From the sequence record NC_048182.1: a stretch of DNA of 64,000 nucleotides; one strand, written 5' to 3'. Positions within the stretch are counted from its first letter, which is position 1. Each line of letters begins with the position of its first letter. Under the pieces are notes generated by a model that ran no database searches, was not told the DNA's origin, and was given only the letters and a program-made list of their open reading frames with translations. A program made the translations under genes and the position numbers. Shown piece after piece: positions 1 through 10,284 of the stretch.

Positions 1-1
1 T

Positions 2-2812
2 AAAGCAGCACTAAAATCTCGTACTACTGAGTTGACCAAAGAGTATAACGCCAAACTCTTAGAGCGTAACGTTATTGAGATGATTCTCTATGGCGCTCAG
101 AACGGTAAAACCGCTTTGACTGATATTGAGATGGAACGTACCATTACTGCTGACTCAAAGTACAACGTACTGACGATGCAGTTCCAACCTCTTAAAGGTA
201 GCCGTTCCACTCGTCGTATGCGTATGCCAATCGTTGAAGAAGATGGTTCCTTTACCATCAACGGTGTTAAGTCCTATGCGCAGTTAATGCGTATGGAATT
301 ACCAATTCGTAAAATATCTCCAACTAAGGTTGCGTTGACTTCTTATTACGATAAGAAGATCATGGTCGAGCGTTCCATTAAACGCGCTGATGATTACCGT
401 AACTGGCTGAAGACATCTATCATAGCTCGTTCTTATGCTGACAAATCTATTAAGGTAAGTCTGGGTGGATTCAAACCACCTAAAGACAAAGTGTGCTATT
501 ACTATAGTGTTCTCGCCTCTCGTTTCAAATCCATCTCTACACCAGACTTCCATTTTGACTTTGACACTGCAGCATTAGTGACAACAAAAGAAGAAGCTAA
601 ACTGTGTAATGAGAACCAGTGGATTATTGGTCGTAAAGGGGATCATCCTATCTTTATCGACTCTACCGGCTTGGTTACCATTAATGGACAAGACGAAGGG
701 TACATTGAAGAACTGCTTGGTCTGAACGTTGCTAAAGCACCTTTACCTACCGCAACAGTAAATATCAACGGTTATCACTTCCCAGCGGTTGTTGTGTTAT
801 CTTACTGGATTGGGTTCACTAACCTGTTGAAAATGCTGAAGGTCGAATACCGCACAGTAGAACCAGATCAACGCGCTCAGTTAGGTGCTGATGAATATAT
901 GGTTGTCTTTGCTGACGAGCGCATGATTCTTAACCGTCGTGATGAACTGTCTACATTAATCATGACTGGGTTGCGTAAACTCGATAACCTTCAGAACTTC
1001 TCCCGTTCGCATTTAGATGATCCTAACATCTGGTTCGGTCTCATTGGTGACCCTCGCGTTAAACCGAGTCACTTCAAAGAGATGACGATGCTGTACGACA
1101 TGTTCATTGATCCAATTACTAAACGTCAGTTGGAACAGATGAAGTATCCGTACGTCCTGGATAAGCTGATCATTGAAGCTGTTAAACTCATGCTGAGCAA
1201 TGAGTCCAAACACGAGATCGAAATTACCGAGCAACGTTTCGTCGGTTACGAACGTTTTGCTGGTCACGTTTATCGTGAGCTTGTTAAAGCAACTCGTCAA
1301 TACCGTAACAAACCAAACAACGGTAAGAAAACCTTCGACCTTAACCCTGAAGCTGTAATGATGGCTATCGTAAGTGACTCTTCTGCTCAGGCAACTGAGG
1401 AAGTTAACCCGATTCACCAAATCAAGCAACAGGAAGAAGTTACCTTTGGTGGGACCTTGGGTCGTAGTGACCGTGCGATGGTTCGTCGTACTCGTGGACA
1501 GTTACCAAACTACGCAGGGATTATCTCTGAAGCTGGTAAGGACTCCGGTAAAGTAGGGTTCATCAGTTATCTGACTTCTGACGCTAAGATTGCTGACCTT
1601 TACGGTAACGTTGATGCGAACATGAAAGGCACGACTGTGGGTCGTGGTTCTGTTGTTATGAACACACTCTACGGCACAACCAAGGACGATACCAAACGTA
1701 CACTGTTCTCCGGCGTACAGCAAAGCCAGGTTATGGCTGCGGATAACTATGTCGTTAACCCACTACGTACTTCTTACGACTCTATCATTGCTTATCGTAC
1801 TTCTGAGTTGTACTCGTCTATCTCTAAGAAAGATGGGAAAGTAACTGAGGTAAGTGAGTATGGTATTACCGTAGAGTATGATGATGGGACAACGGATAAG
1901 TTCCCGCTGGGGTATGAGATTGGTAAAGGTGCGGGTGAATATCACAAACACCTGAAGATCACAGACCGCGATGTAGGATATGCGTTCAAGAAAGGTGAAA
2001 TCCTGGCTTGGGACTCAATGTTCTTTGACCGTGATATGATCGACCCAACTCGCGTTGTTTGGAAGTCTGGTGGTTTAGCACGTATTGCCTTTGGTGAAGA
2101 CCAGTTTACCTTTGAAGACTCCATCGGTATTGTTAAAGCGTTCTCTGATGCTTCGACAACTCCGTTCGTTAAACCTAACGATTTTAAAGTGGAAGCTCTC
2201 CAGGAAATCAAACTTCACGTTAAAGTGGGCGACGTGGTTGAATACGACCAGATCCTATGCGACATCCAGAACCCTGAGTCTGCTGCTTTCGAGGTAGATG
2301 ATTCTGGTATGTTTGATGGGTTGGACCGTTTAGGTATCAAGCAGATTAAAGCGAAGCAGTCAGGCAAGATCTCCAAAATCGAAGTTGTCTATAATGGCGA
2401 TATCGAAGACTGGAGTGATTCACTGAAAGCTTTCATTAAGAAGCAAGACGGTGTTCGAGCTAAATCAGCTAACTATAAGAAACTCACTGCGAAGACCGGT
2501 GACGTTGGTGGTAACACCTCCGTTGGTAAGAGCAAGGTTTACCCTGGCACTGCGGTTGTGTACATCTATATCGAGAACACAATCAAAACCACCACTGCGG
2601 ATAAATTCGTAGTAGGTAACCAGATGAAGGGTACAGTTGGTTTCATTTATGAACACCAGATCTATACCGTGGACGGTCGTCCTGTTGACATTACGTTCTC
2701 GCTTAAGTCACTGTTGAACCGAATGGTTCTGAGCTTACGCGATAAGGCAGTCGCTAACGAAGTCAACAACGTTTACACTCAGCGCATGATCGCTAAATAC
2801 GGGAAATACTAA
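2..2812 (+). CDS. Virion RNA polymerase beta-like subunit (phiKZ gp178 / SPN3US gp241 type), 5'-truncated by the window edge
   Basis: The frame is open from base 2. It has degenerate RpoB motifs (GKDSGKVG ~ TPEGPNIG; DKFVVGNQMKG ~ GDK..GRHGNKG; DGRPVDITFS...LNRM) and ends before the clamp region, as split jumbo-phage beta subunits do. Confidence 0.9.
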   Translation, partial: KAALKSRTTELTKEYNAKLLERNVIEMILYGAQNGKTALTDIEMERTITADSKYNVLTMQFQPLKGSRSTRRMRMPIVEEDGSFTINGVKSYAQLMRMELPIRKISPTKVALTSYYDKKIMVERSIKRADDYRNWLKTSIIARSYADKSIKVSLGGFKPPKDKVCYYYSVLASRFKSISTPDFHFDFDTAALVTTKEEAKLCNENQWIIGRKGDHPIFIDSTGLVTINGQDEGYIEELLGLNVAKAPLPTATVNINGYHFPAVVVLSYWIGFTNLLKMLKVEYRTVEPDQRAQLGADEYMVVFADERMILNRRDELSTLIMTGLRKLDNLQNFSRSHLDDPNIWFGLIGDPRVKPSHFKEMTMLYDMFIDPITKRQLEQMKYPYVLDKLIIEAVKLMLSNESKHEIEITEQRFVGYERFAGHVYRELVKATRQYRNKPNNGKKTFDLNPEAVMMAIVSDSSAQATEEVNPIHQIKQQEEVTFGGTLGRSDRAMVRRTRGQLPNYAGIISEAGKDSGKVGFISYLTSDAKIADLYGNVDANMKGTTVGRGSVVMNTLYGTTKDDTKRTLFSGVQQSQVMAADNYVVNPLRTSYDSIIAYRTSELYSSISKKDGKVTEVSEYGITVEYDDGTTDKFPLGYEIGKGAGEYHKHLKITDRDVGYAFKKGEILAWDSMFFDRDMIDPTRVVWKSGGLARIAFGEDQFTFEDSIGIVKAFSDASTTPFVKPNDFKVEALQEIKLHVKVGDVVEYDQILCDIQNPESAAFEVDDSGMFDGLDRLGIKQIKAKQSGKISKIEVVYNGDIEDWSDSLKAFIKKQDGVRAKSANYKKLTAKTGDVGGNTSVGKSKVYPGTAVVYIYIENTIKTTTADKFVVGNQMKGTVGFIYEHQIYTVDGRPVDITFSLKSLLNRMVLSLRDKAVANEVNNVYTQRMIAKYGKY

Positions 2813-3681
2813 TGTCAAACTCCAACACTGATGTATTCGCCATTAAGACGATGCAATCACTGTTGCGAGAAGTTAATCTCTATCGAGGCCGCATTGACGG
2901 CCTCTTTGGAGATGGCTGTCGCAATAGCGTTATCGCAATGCTGAAAAAGATCGATCCAGCATTTAATAAACAACTACCGGTTAACAGTTATGATGCAGCT
3001 TCTGTCTTCACCTTTATTCAGACTGGTCTGGCTGCTCTTGGTCTTTATACCCGTCGGATTGATGGTATTTGGGGCGATGGTACTTTTGGGGCTTTTAGCC
3101 AGTTGGTGGAAAACTATCGAGTATCCACCGGTAATCCACGATTCGGATTTGCGTGGTCTGGACATCCGGCAGTACCGAAAGAAGGTGTAGAGAAATATCT
3201 CACCTGGATGCGTAAATGGGGTAAACCTGATGAACACGTATCTTATATCTTGAGCTGCAATGCTCTGGAAACTGGCCGGACATTTGATCCAGCTATTCGC
3301 AATAAACTAAGTGGTGCAGTTGGCTTGATTCAGTTTATGCCTAAAGGGTCTGCTTTAGACCTGGGCACAACTGCTGACGCACTGGCTAAGATGAGTTTTG
3401 TTGAACAGCAGGATTATGTCTTCAAATACTTTGAAAAGTACGGCTACATCAAGAAGTGTCAGAGGCTGGAAGATTATTACCTTTCTATCTTCATGCCAGT
3501 AATGGTAGGTCGTGATCCAAATGAAGTTATTGGGCGTGCAGGTACTAAACTGTATGATCAAAACAAAGGCTTCGATGCGGACAAGAAAGGGTATTACACC
3601 GTCGGTGATATCGGCGCTGCAATTAACCAGTTCTACTGGGATGGGCTTGATCCGAAGAATCGTGTCATCATTACTCCATAA
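2812..3681 (+). CDS. Modular endolysin: two peptidoglycan-binding repeats plus a lysozyme-like/transglycosylase domain
   Basis: Repeats LYRGRIDGLFGDG and LYTRRIDGIWGDG, then ETGRTFDPAIRN..SGAVGLIQFMP (catalytic Glu plus GLIQ motif). Confidence 0.85.
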   Translation: MSNSNTDVFAIKTMQSLLREVNLYRGRIDGLFGDGCRNSVIAMLKKIDPAFNKQLPVNSYDAASVFTFIQTGLAALGLYTRRIDGIWGDGTFGAFSQLVENYRVSTGNPRFGFAWSGHPAVPKEGVEKYLTWMRKWGKPDEHVSYILSCNALETGRTFDPAIRNKLSGAVGLIQFMPKGSALDLGTTADALAKMSFVEQQDYVFKYFEKYGYIKKCQRLEDYYLSIFMPVMVGRDPNEVIGRAGTKLYDQNKGFDADKKGYYTVGDIGAAINQFYWDGLDPKNRVIITP

Positions 3682-3690
3682 GGAATCGTT

Positions 3691-3855
3691 ATGTCTGCTG
3701 TAGACAACATTGTCACAGTTAGCAACTTGTTTGAAGTTGTTGCTGCTGTACAAGAAAAAGTTGGTTATGAGTTTCAAGCTCCGCTCGACGAAGCAACTCA
3801 AAACGAAGTAACCTCCCGTGCAATCAAAGCAATCGTCCTGGGAGATGAAGAATGA
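3691..3855 (+). CDS. 54-aa hypothetical protein (below the ORF-track cutoff)
   Basis: AGGA RBS; MSAVDNIVTVSNLFEVVAAVQEKVGYEFQAPLDEATQNEVTSRAIKAIVLGDEE; the stop overlaps the next start (ATGA). Confidence 0.75.
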   Translation: MSAVDNIVTVSNLFEVVAAVQEKVGYEFQAPLDEATQNEVTSRAIKAIVLGDEE

Positions 3856-5354
3856 TTAAGCAAACTACGGTACTGATGGCGACACCAATCGCTGCGGTAG
3901 CTACTGCCAAAGGCATGGATCTTCATGAACGTGTTGGCGATATCATTAAAGGTCTGAACGAAACCACAGCTGCGGCTGCGGCATATACCGAAGATAATAT
4001 CGCGGTCGCACTTCCTGCCTTTACTTCAACCAGTCCTGATCATACTGAAGCGCTGGATGCTACTTCAGATATTATCGCTGCGCGTATTCGTGCCGGGCTG
4101 GAAACGATCTCTAAGCGCGTTAAACCGGTACTGAAAGCTGTTGAGCAGGAAATCTCCAACCTGCTGGATGCGAACAATGTGGTCGATACCATCTTTGGTG
4201 CTTGTCGCGTTGAAGCGGTTAACATCGAACCTGCATTCCTGAAGTCTCCATTCTTCCCTAAAGCTGTTCCACCAACCTTTGCTGATATCGGTACAGTTAA
4301 AACATCTGACCTGATCAAAGGCGCTTACCCGCAGATGTCTGGTGAAGACCTGGTTGAGCTGATTGCGGTTAACGTTCCAGAACTCACAACCTTCTTCAGT
4401 AACCCTACTGAAGTGAAACGTGTTTATGATTCCCTGTTTGTAGAGAAGTATTACTACGACCTGGTTTCAGCTGGAGCTATCAACAATGGCGTTATTAACG
4501 TCAATGCTGGTGACAACTTCCGCTTTAGCAATTTCCGCCCAATGGTTATCGCATCTCTGATGCTGAATCGCCTGGTGGCAATGGAAGATCCTCTCGATGG
4601 TGTTACCGGTGTTTCACTGGACGACTATCGCGCTAGCCTGGCTGTCACCCGTGACCTGCTTTCTACTTTGCTGTATAACTTTGGTCAGATCTGGGAAACA
4701 CGTGCTGCTGCAGGTGTTGTAATTCTTGACGAAGGCGTACAGCTCGGTAAGATGCTGGGTAACGCACAGCTGCTGGAAGGTACTCTGGTAGTTGGTTACA
4801 ACCGTGCTGTGCTGGACATGTTTGCCGATGCTGAATCGCTTTCTCTGTCTGAGTTTGCTATCGGTTATGTTTACGCTAAGCTGCGCGGTTACCGTCCTAA
4901 GGACATCATCACCGACCGTGATGCTATCTGCGATGCGTTCCGTGAATACTGCGGTGATGTTAAAGCAGGGTTGATCACTTCTAAAGCAACAGTTGCTGCT
5001 AGCGCATATTCTCGCGTTGTTGAATCTCTTTATACCAAAGATGAATTCAAAGAAGCGATTGATGCGATGAATGATGATATCATTCCATCTCAGCGGCTGG
5101 CGATGCGTGTTGCTAAGCATATCGACATCGGTATGTTCTTCCAGAACACTGCTCTGGTGGATTCCATCGTTAAGGGTGAAAACTCTCTGATGAATACCCC
5201 ACTGGCTGCGGTAATGGCAGGTGCTTTTGACAGCCCAATCGCTGAAGAGATTCTGCGAATCAACGCGCAGAACAAACCTGGCTCCCTGGAACAGCAGCGT
5301 AAGGCGCTTTCTCGTGCAATCATCACTGTCATTCTGAAACGTCTGATTAAGTAA
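3852..5354 (+). CDS. Probable virion head protein (SPN3US gp243-like by synteny)
   Basis: 500 aa with strong codon bias, lying between vRNAP beta and the protease. Confidence 0.5.
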   Translation: MIKQTTVLMATPIAAVATAKGMDLHERVGDIIKGLNETTAAAAAYTEDNIAVALPAFTSTSPDHTEALDATSDIIAARIRAGLETISKRVKPVLKAVEQEISNLLDANNVVDTIFGACRVEAVNIEPAFLKSPFFPKAVPPTFADIGTVKTSDLIKGAYPQMSGEDLVELIAVNVPELTTFFSNPTEVKRVYDSLFVEKYYYDLVSAGAINNGVINVNAGDNFRFSNFRPMVIASLMLNRLVAMEDPLDGVTGVSLDDYRASLAVTRDLLSTLLYNFGQIWETRAAAGVVILDEGVQLGKMLGNAQLLEGTLVVGYNRAVLDMFADAESLSLSEFAIGYVYAKLRGYRPKDIITDRDAICDAFREYCGDVKAGLITSKATVAASAYSRVVESLYTKDEFKEAIDAMNDDIIPSQRLAMRVAKHIDIGMFFQNTALVDSIVKGENSLMNTPLAAVMAGAFDSPIAEEILRINAQNKPGSLEQQRKALSRAIITVILKRLIK

Positions 5355-6091
5355 TGGATGTAGAGAAGTTAAAACATGATATAGGGCTGGTTGGTACAGC
5401 CCTTAAACTCATGCCGGATAAAAGTGTCGTTGCTCTTAAGAAACTGACTGTTTGTTTCCCAAAGCGTTTCGAACAAAGTAACTTAGCTGAGATTGCTGAC
5501 ACTGTACACACCGTGCTTATGTGCGGTGTGGTTGTTGGTGACAGTTATGGTTTCCTTGGTGGACTCACTAAGGTAACAATGAAACCTGGGGATATTTACG
5601 AAGAGACGATCGGTAATGATCGTTACTATATGCTTGACTTCGAACCTGGTGATGTAGTGATCGAATCGTTGACTGTTCCTATGGACAGTAACATCGGTTA
5701 TTACTATTACTTAGAGTTCACCAAGTATGCTCGTATTCCTTGGTATCTCGACGAAGAGAAATTACTCAGCGTATATGACGAAGCTAAGTTCTATACCGGT
5801 AAATCCATGGGTACCTCTAACCACGCTATTCGAGTTCTATATTCGCTGGTATTACGCGATCCAAAGAACCTTGATGTACCGTTCCGTTATAGTTCGGAAC
5901 TTGCTGACCCTAAAGTCAAACCTCGTATCATCGGTATTAACAACCCTGGCCAGTTACTTAACTCTACCTTCAGCCGTTTGGCTTCTGGTTACATGAGTGA
6001 TAACATCGTCTCCGGTATTCTTAATCCTGATACCAAAGTCACCACTATGGAAGAAGTCTTCCGTGGCTTACCTTCTCAAGGAGACAACTAA
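5354..6091 (+). CDS. Conserved virion protein, candidate vRNAP-associated subunit (SPN3US gp244 / phiKZ gp176 position)
   Basis: 245 aa directly upstream of the prohead protease; assignment by synteny only. Confidence 0.5.
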   Translation: MDVEKLKHDIGLVGTALKLMPDKSVVALKKLTVCFPKRFEQSNLAEIADTVHTVLMCGVVVGDSYGFLGGLTKVTMKPGDIYEETIGNDRYYMLDFEPGDVVIESLTVPMDSNIGYYYYLEFTKYARIPWYLDEEKLLSVYDEAKFYTGKSMGTSNHAIRVLYSLVLRDPKNLDVPFRYSSELADPKVKPRIIGINNPGQLLNSTFSRLASGYMSDNIVSGILNPDTKVTTMEEVFRGLPSQGDN

Positions 6092-6942
6092 TGTCAGAAA
6101 TTAGTTTGGGGAACATCGTTCTTGCTCACAGTGGTAAGAAAGGTATTCTGAAACCTAATGAACAAGGACTATATCTGCTTAATGCAGGTGGGTTCAACAT
6201 TCCTAACCATGCTGGTATTACTTATCCAGCCAACGATTACATTGTCGCTCAGATTGAAGAAAACTCTGATTTGCAACGCCGCGCTAAGATGGGCTATTGC
6301 AAAATGGAAGTTGAACATCCAGAACCTTTCTTTTATGTAATCGAAAATGGTGTTAAATATCGTCAACCTATGACTGACGTTCTTCAGTGGATTAACCGTC
6401 TGCGTTCTTATGACCCGGATAATATCTGTGGTCTGATTAGCAAGGTTATTTTCCGTCTGGAAAACCCGAACGATCTGTCAGCACCTATCTGGAACGAAAT
6501 CCTCTGCAAGCCATTTGGTCCTAAGGGTGATCAGTTCCGTGAATCTCTGGATACCCCAGAGCACAACACTGCTGTCAGTATCCGCACTCAGATCTCTCCA
6601 TTCCGTCCTGGCGAAACACGTAAAAACGTTGAATACTGGACTGGTTATGACTGGGTTGCTGAACCTGGTATGATTCATGCTAACAAGCACATGTCTGCCG
6701 GTTGCGAATCCTTCATGTCAGAAATGAACATGAGTTCCAACGTTCAGAAGTTTGCTGTTGCTAAAGTCATTGCCCGTATGGAAGAAGCTATGGCGCAGGC
6801 TGCTACTAACACCGAAGCTCTTGAACACGTTGGTGGTATGGAAGCACTGAATCATTTCTCTACCATGCTGAATATGATGAAATCTAAGTATCGCACTGGT
6901 GATACTGTTCAGGTTGGTCATAGCTTTACTGATATCTTTTAA
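6091..6942 (+). CDS. Prohead maturation protease (phiKZ gp175 / T4 gp21-like serine protease)
   Basis: Catalytic-type motifs MEVEHP (His), AVSIRT (Ser) and YDWVAEPG (Asp) in the expected order; synteny agrees. Confidence 0.85.
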   Translation: MSEISLGNIVLAHSGKKGILKPNEQGLYLLNAGGFNIPNHAGITYPANDYIVAQIEENSDLQRRAKMGYCKMEVEHPEPFFYVIENGVKYRQPMTDVLQWINRLRSYDPDNICGLISKVIFRLENPNDLSAPIWNEILCKPFGPKGDQFRESLDTPEHNTAVSIRTQISPFRPGETRKNVEYWTGYDWVAEPGMIHANKHMSAGCESFMSEMNMSSNVQKFAVAKVIARMEEAMAQAATNTEALEHVGGMEALNHFSTMLNMMKSKYRTGDTVQVGHSFTDIF

Positions 6943-6948
6943 TCATCT

Positions 6949-6977
6949 CCCTTACCCTTCCGAAAGGAGGGTAAGGG
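6949..6977 (+). terminator. Intrinsic terminator
   Basis: CCCTTACCCT..CCGAAAGG..AGGGTAAGGG hairpin followed by a T-rich tract. Confidence 0.8.
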
Positions 6978-7053
6978 TTATGTTTTATTTTCTCAGATTA
7001 GTTTCCATTATACGTTAACTAATACAAATCTTTTATTTGAAAAGGAAAGAACA

Positions 7054-7824
7054 ATGTCTCAAGAATCCGCTCTGTCTCCAGCAGTAACTGCAATGCACGT
7101 CGCTCAGGTTGAGAAAGCTATGGATGAGCCAAACTCCATGCACGCAGTTGTTGAAGGCCGTATGAAAGAAACCAGTGATGAACTGGGCTCTATCGGACAA
7201 CCTTTCCACAGAACTATGCCTGACCATGTTGCTATTGAGCAAGGTGCCGGTGAAGGCAAGCAGACATGGGTTAAGTACGGACCTAACCTGAACACTCTGC
7301 GTATTGCAACCCAGGTTCGTGAGCTGGCGCTCCAAGGTGTTACTCTGAAGAACACCTTTAAAGAAATGCAGCACGTTTGGGAAAGTCTGATGACTGAAGA
7401 CAAACGTTGCCTGATTGTAGAACAGGAAGCCACCAAAGTAAAATACCAACTGGTTAACCTGTATGCGGTCAAACTGATCAGATATCTGCGTTCCATTGTT
7501 GGTCTTGACCTGGTCCCTCTGGCTCAGCAAGACCCAGAAACCCGCACCTGGAAACTGGATGCGATTATCCTGAACGTTGCTTCCAACAAAGTAAAAGATC
7601 ACGACCATCTGTTCCGTATGTTCCTGGTAAACTTGTTTGGGATGTCTGAACAACTGGTTGATTTGTCTCTGGAACCAACCTGGGCTAAATACCGTGAATA
7701 CATTCGTACGGTATATGATTTCGATCTGGGCGATACCGAAGAAGTGACTGAAACACCTGACCTAGAACTGATTGATGGAGCAATCTACAATCTGCTGTCC
7801 GGTAAAGCTCTGGCGTTCTTCTAA
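7054..7824 (+). CDS. Hypothetical protein, possibly virion-associated
   Basis: 256 aa with an RBS and high-expression codon bias. Confidence 0.75.
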   Translation: MSQESALSPAVTAMHVAQVEKAMDEPNSMHAVVEGRMKETSDELGSIGQPFHRTMPDHVAIEQGAGEGKQTWVKYGPNLNTLRIATQVRELALQGVTLKNTFKEMQHVWESLMTEDKRCLIVEQEATKVKYQLVNLYAVKLIRYLRSIVGLDLVPLAQQDPETRTWKLDAIILNVASNKVKDHDHLFRMFLVNLFGMSEQLVDLSLEPTWAKYREYIRTVYDFDLGDTEEVTETPDLELIDGAIYNLLSGKALAFF

Positions 7825-7832
7825 TACATATG

Positions 7833-7850
7833 AGGGAACTTCGGTTCCCT
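7833..7850 (+). terminator. Hairpin with UUCG loop
   Basis: AGGGAAC-TTCG-GTTCCCT just after the stop codon. Confidence 0.6.
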
Positions 7851-7874
7851 TCCCTATAGTTGTCTGGAGAGTTT

Positions 7875-8447
7875 ATGGAACATCAAGTTATAGATTTACG
7901 CAATAACCCTCCTAACCAAATGACGGCCATGGAGCGTGCTGCAGTTGGTTCTGGTTACATGAACATTCGTAAGCAATTCGAACAGATTGAGAACAGTCTG
8001 TACGAAGTCACACTGACCGTTGTTAACCGTCCTTGTGAGAATGGCAAGATCTACGAGATTACTCGTGATGAACTTGACAAGAAGTTACAGGCGATGGTTA
8101 ACAAGCACATCGGTGAAATCGACCACAATGCTGTTAAACGTGCTATGAGTAATCATGATACCTATTCCATGGCTCGATTACGTTTGGCGACAGTTGTTGT
8201 GGAAGACTCTGTTGGGACTCTGAAGTCTTACTCAATTGACGGCATTCGTGATGGTAGTGGGTCTTTGGTTGTGCGTGGTCGCGTTTGGTTATCTCCTCGG
8301 GCTGAAGAAATGATCAAGTCAGGTAACTATATATTCGCAATGCGTTCATCCATTGTGAAGTGGAAACATAACGAGCCAGCTACAAGGCTTGATATGATTC
8401 ATGGATTCGACCTGTTGCTGGAAGCTGAGTTTGACAAAGCCATCTGA
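7875..8447 (+). CDS. Hypothetical protein
   Basis: GGAG RBS before the ATG at 7875. Confidence 0.7.
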   Translation: MEHQVIDLRNNPPNQMTAMERAAVGSGYMNIRKQFEQIENSLYEVTLTVVNRPCENGKIYEITRDELDKKLQAMVNKHIGEIDHNAVKRAMSNHDTYSMARLRLATVVVEDSVGTLKSYSIDGIRDGSGSLVVRGRVWLSPRAEEMIKSGNYIFAMRSSIVKWKHNEPATRLDMIHGFDLLLEAEFDKAI

Positions 8448-8457
8448 TTTGAAATAG

Positions 8458-8471
8458 ATATTATTAGAGTG
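8458..8471 (+). promoter_or_regulatory. Putative early (vRNAP) promoter ATATTAT-N5-TG
   Basis: ATATTAT-TAGAG-TG; one of six exact copies upstream of plus-strand operons. Confidence 0.65.
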
Positions 8472-8577
8472 TATCTCATAAAGGTATTTATAAGTAGTCG
8501 ATCTTGGTCGGCTATTTGTAATAAGACGGGCTAATCGCCCAAAGCCAATAAACGTTCAAATATAAAGGAACGACATC

Positions 8578-9558
8578 ATGTTAAAAGATAAATCTTGCTA
8601 CGCCACTGAAACTGCTTATGCTCGTGCTTACTTCCTCCATAAATCCAAAGTTCAGGATTACCTGATGGATCCGGTATATGGTTCTCATATCCGTGTCATC
8701 ACACCGACAGAAGACCAGCCAACACCTGTCGAAGGTAAGGGATATTATACTCGTCCACAGTTCTGTTTGATTAGTAGTGTGGGTGCATCTCGTTTATATG
8801 AGATGGATGAAATCCCTAAACTGCTGGATGGTGTTAGACTTGTTATTAAGAGTCTGGATGTGAGAGGTAAAACCGACATTCACTTTGGTGGTAGTAATTC
8901 AAAATACCCTGCGTTGTTTACCAGCGATTGGGGTGCTCTCAGATTCACTACCATGCAAGGTAGTAGTGAAATGTTTGTCACTGGCGTTCTTCCATCAAAA
9001 AGCGAACGTTTCACAGCAGAACGTCATAAAACCATTCTAACTAACTTGCATGATTCATTGCAGTTGATCATTGACGGTAAAGGTCCTAAAGAAAAGATTC
9101 TGAAACTGGACAATGAAATTTTCACCGTACTACCTCGTAAAGATCAGGGTATTCGTATTCCTGTCCGCATTAGTGCGCTCAGAGGAACAGCTCCAGGCAT
9201 TACCACCATCCGTATTGGATCTCATGGGCAGTTGATCTGCTTGCCAATTAATGAAGCTGCAGATGTCTTTAACCGTTACATGGAAAATGCGGTTGACATT
9301 AGTGAACGTCTTCTCGCCGCTGGTTCTCCTGCTGGTTATGGGGAAGTTAAGTTTAACGGCAATGGTCCTGACATTAATATGGAATATGTGAATGCTCGCA
9401 TCATTCCTCTTAAAACAGGTGACAGCGCATTTGTCATTTTAAATTCTGACCGCTATCCTGGTAATACCAAACTTGGGTTCCACTATGACCCAGAGTTCTG
9501 TAAAGAACTTAATGAGGCCTTCCAGGAAGTCGTCAAACAAATGAAAGGCATGCTTTAA
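8578..9558 (+). CDS. Hypothetical protein
   Basis: 326 aa with an AAGGA RBS. Confidence 0.75.
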   Translation: MLKDKSCYATETAYARAYFLHKSKVQDYLMDPVYGSHIRVITPTEDQPTPVEGKGYYTRPQFCLISSVGASRLYEMDEIPKLLDGVRLVIKSLDVRGKTDIHFGGSNSKYPALFTSDWGALRFTTMQGSSEMFVTGVLPSKSERFTAERHKTILTNLHDSLQLIIDGKGPKEKILKLDNEIFTVLPRKDQGIRIPVRISALRGTAPGITTIRIGSHGQLICLPINEAADVFNRYMENAVDISERLLAAGSPAGYGEVKFNGNGPDINMEYVNARIIPLKTGDSAFVILNSDRYPGNTKLGFHYDPEFCKELNEAFQEVVKQMKGML

Positions 9559-9815
9559 TGAAAAAGGTCTTGTTGATTCTGTTAGGGATTTGTAGTTTTT
9601 CTGCTCTAGCGACCAAGTACGATGATACCGTCGAACCTAAGATGCCAAGCGATTATGTAACTCAAGATCGCTTCGTGTCTACTGCCATGCGTGGTACTAT
9701 GGATTTGATCATCACCGATACCAAAACGGGCTGCCAGTACTTCGTAGTGGACGCCGGTGGGTATTCAAAACCAGCAACATCACTTGGGTGCTTTGAAGAG
9801 TACAAAAAGAAATAA
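9558..9815 (+). CDS. Small exported protein (DUF6440-like motif)
   Basis: Sec signal MKKVLLILLGICSFSALA; IITDTKTGCQYF..GG motif. Confidence 0.55.
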   Translation: MKKVLLILLGICSFSALATKYDDTVEPKMPSDYVTQDRFVSTAMRGTMDLIITDTKTGCQYFVVDAGGYSKPATSLGCFEEYKKK

Positions 9816-9867
9816 CCCGTAAATGAGGGAACTACGGGAAATCCCGTAGTTCCCCATAGGAGTATTT

Positions 9868-10284
9868 ATGTCTGAAGAAAAAGAGTTTAAAACGCTAGAA
9901 GAAGTTTTAGCGGTTGTGGAACCAAAGAACGTGTTTGTCATTATTGAGATCTCTCAGGACGATGTGAAAGTAGAGAACGATAACTTGTTCTTTAAGCCTG
10001 TAGACCTACTCGATCACGCTACTCGTTGCATGGAAATCACAGAGCGTATTAAAGCAGCTGTCGATAAGGTAACTGTTCGTAATGCTTCAGCGTATCTTCA
10101 GCCGACTCCTGAAGGTCACGCTAAATTGATGAATCGTTACATCTTCATTAGTGAAGGCGCATTGCACGATATCAAGCTGTCTGATCTTACTCTGGTCTAT
10201 CGCTTAGATGGTCGTTGTGAAATTACCCACTTCCCTTCTAGCGAGAAAGCTGAAGCTCTCTTACCTCACCACGTGGTGGACTAA
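9868..10284 (+). CDS. Hypothetical protein
   Basis: 138 aa with a GGAG RBS. Confidence 0.75.
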   Translation: MSEEKEFKTLEEVLAVVEPKNVFVIIEISQDDVKVENDNLFFKPVDLLDHATRCMEITERIKAAVDKVTVRNASAYLQPTPEGHAKLMNRYIFISEGALHDIKLSDLTLVYRLDGRCEITHFPSSEKAEALLPHHVVD

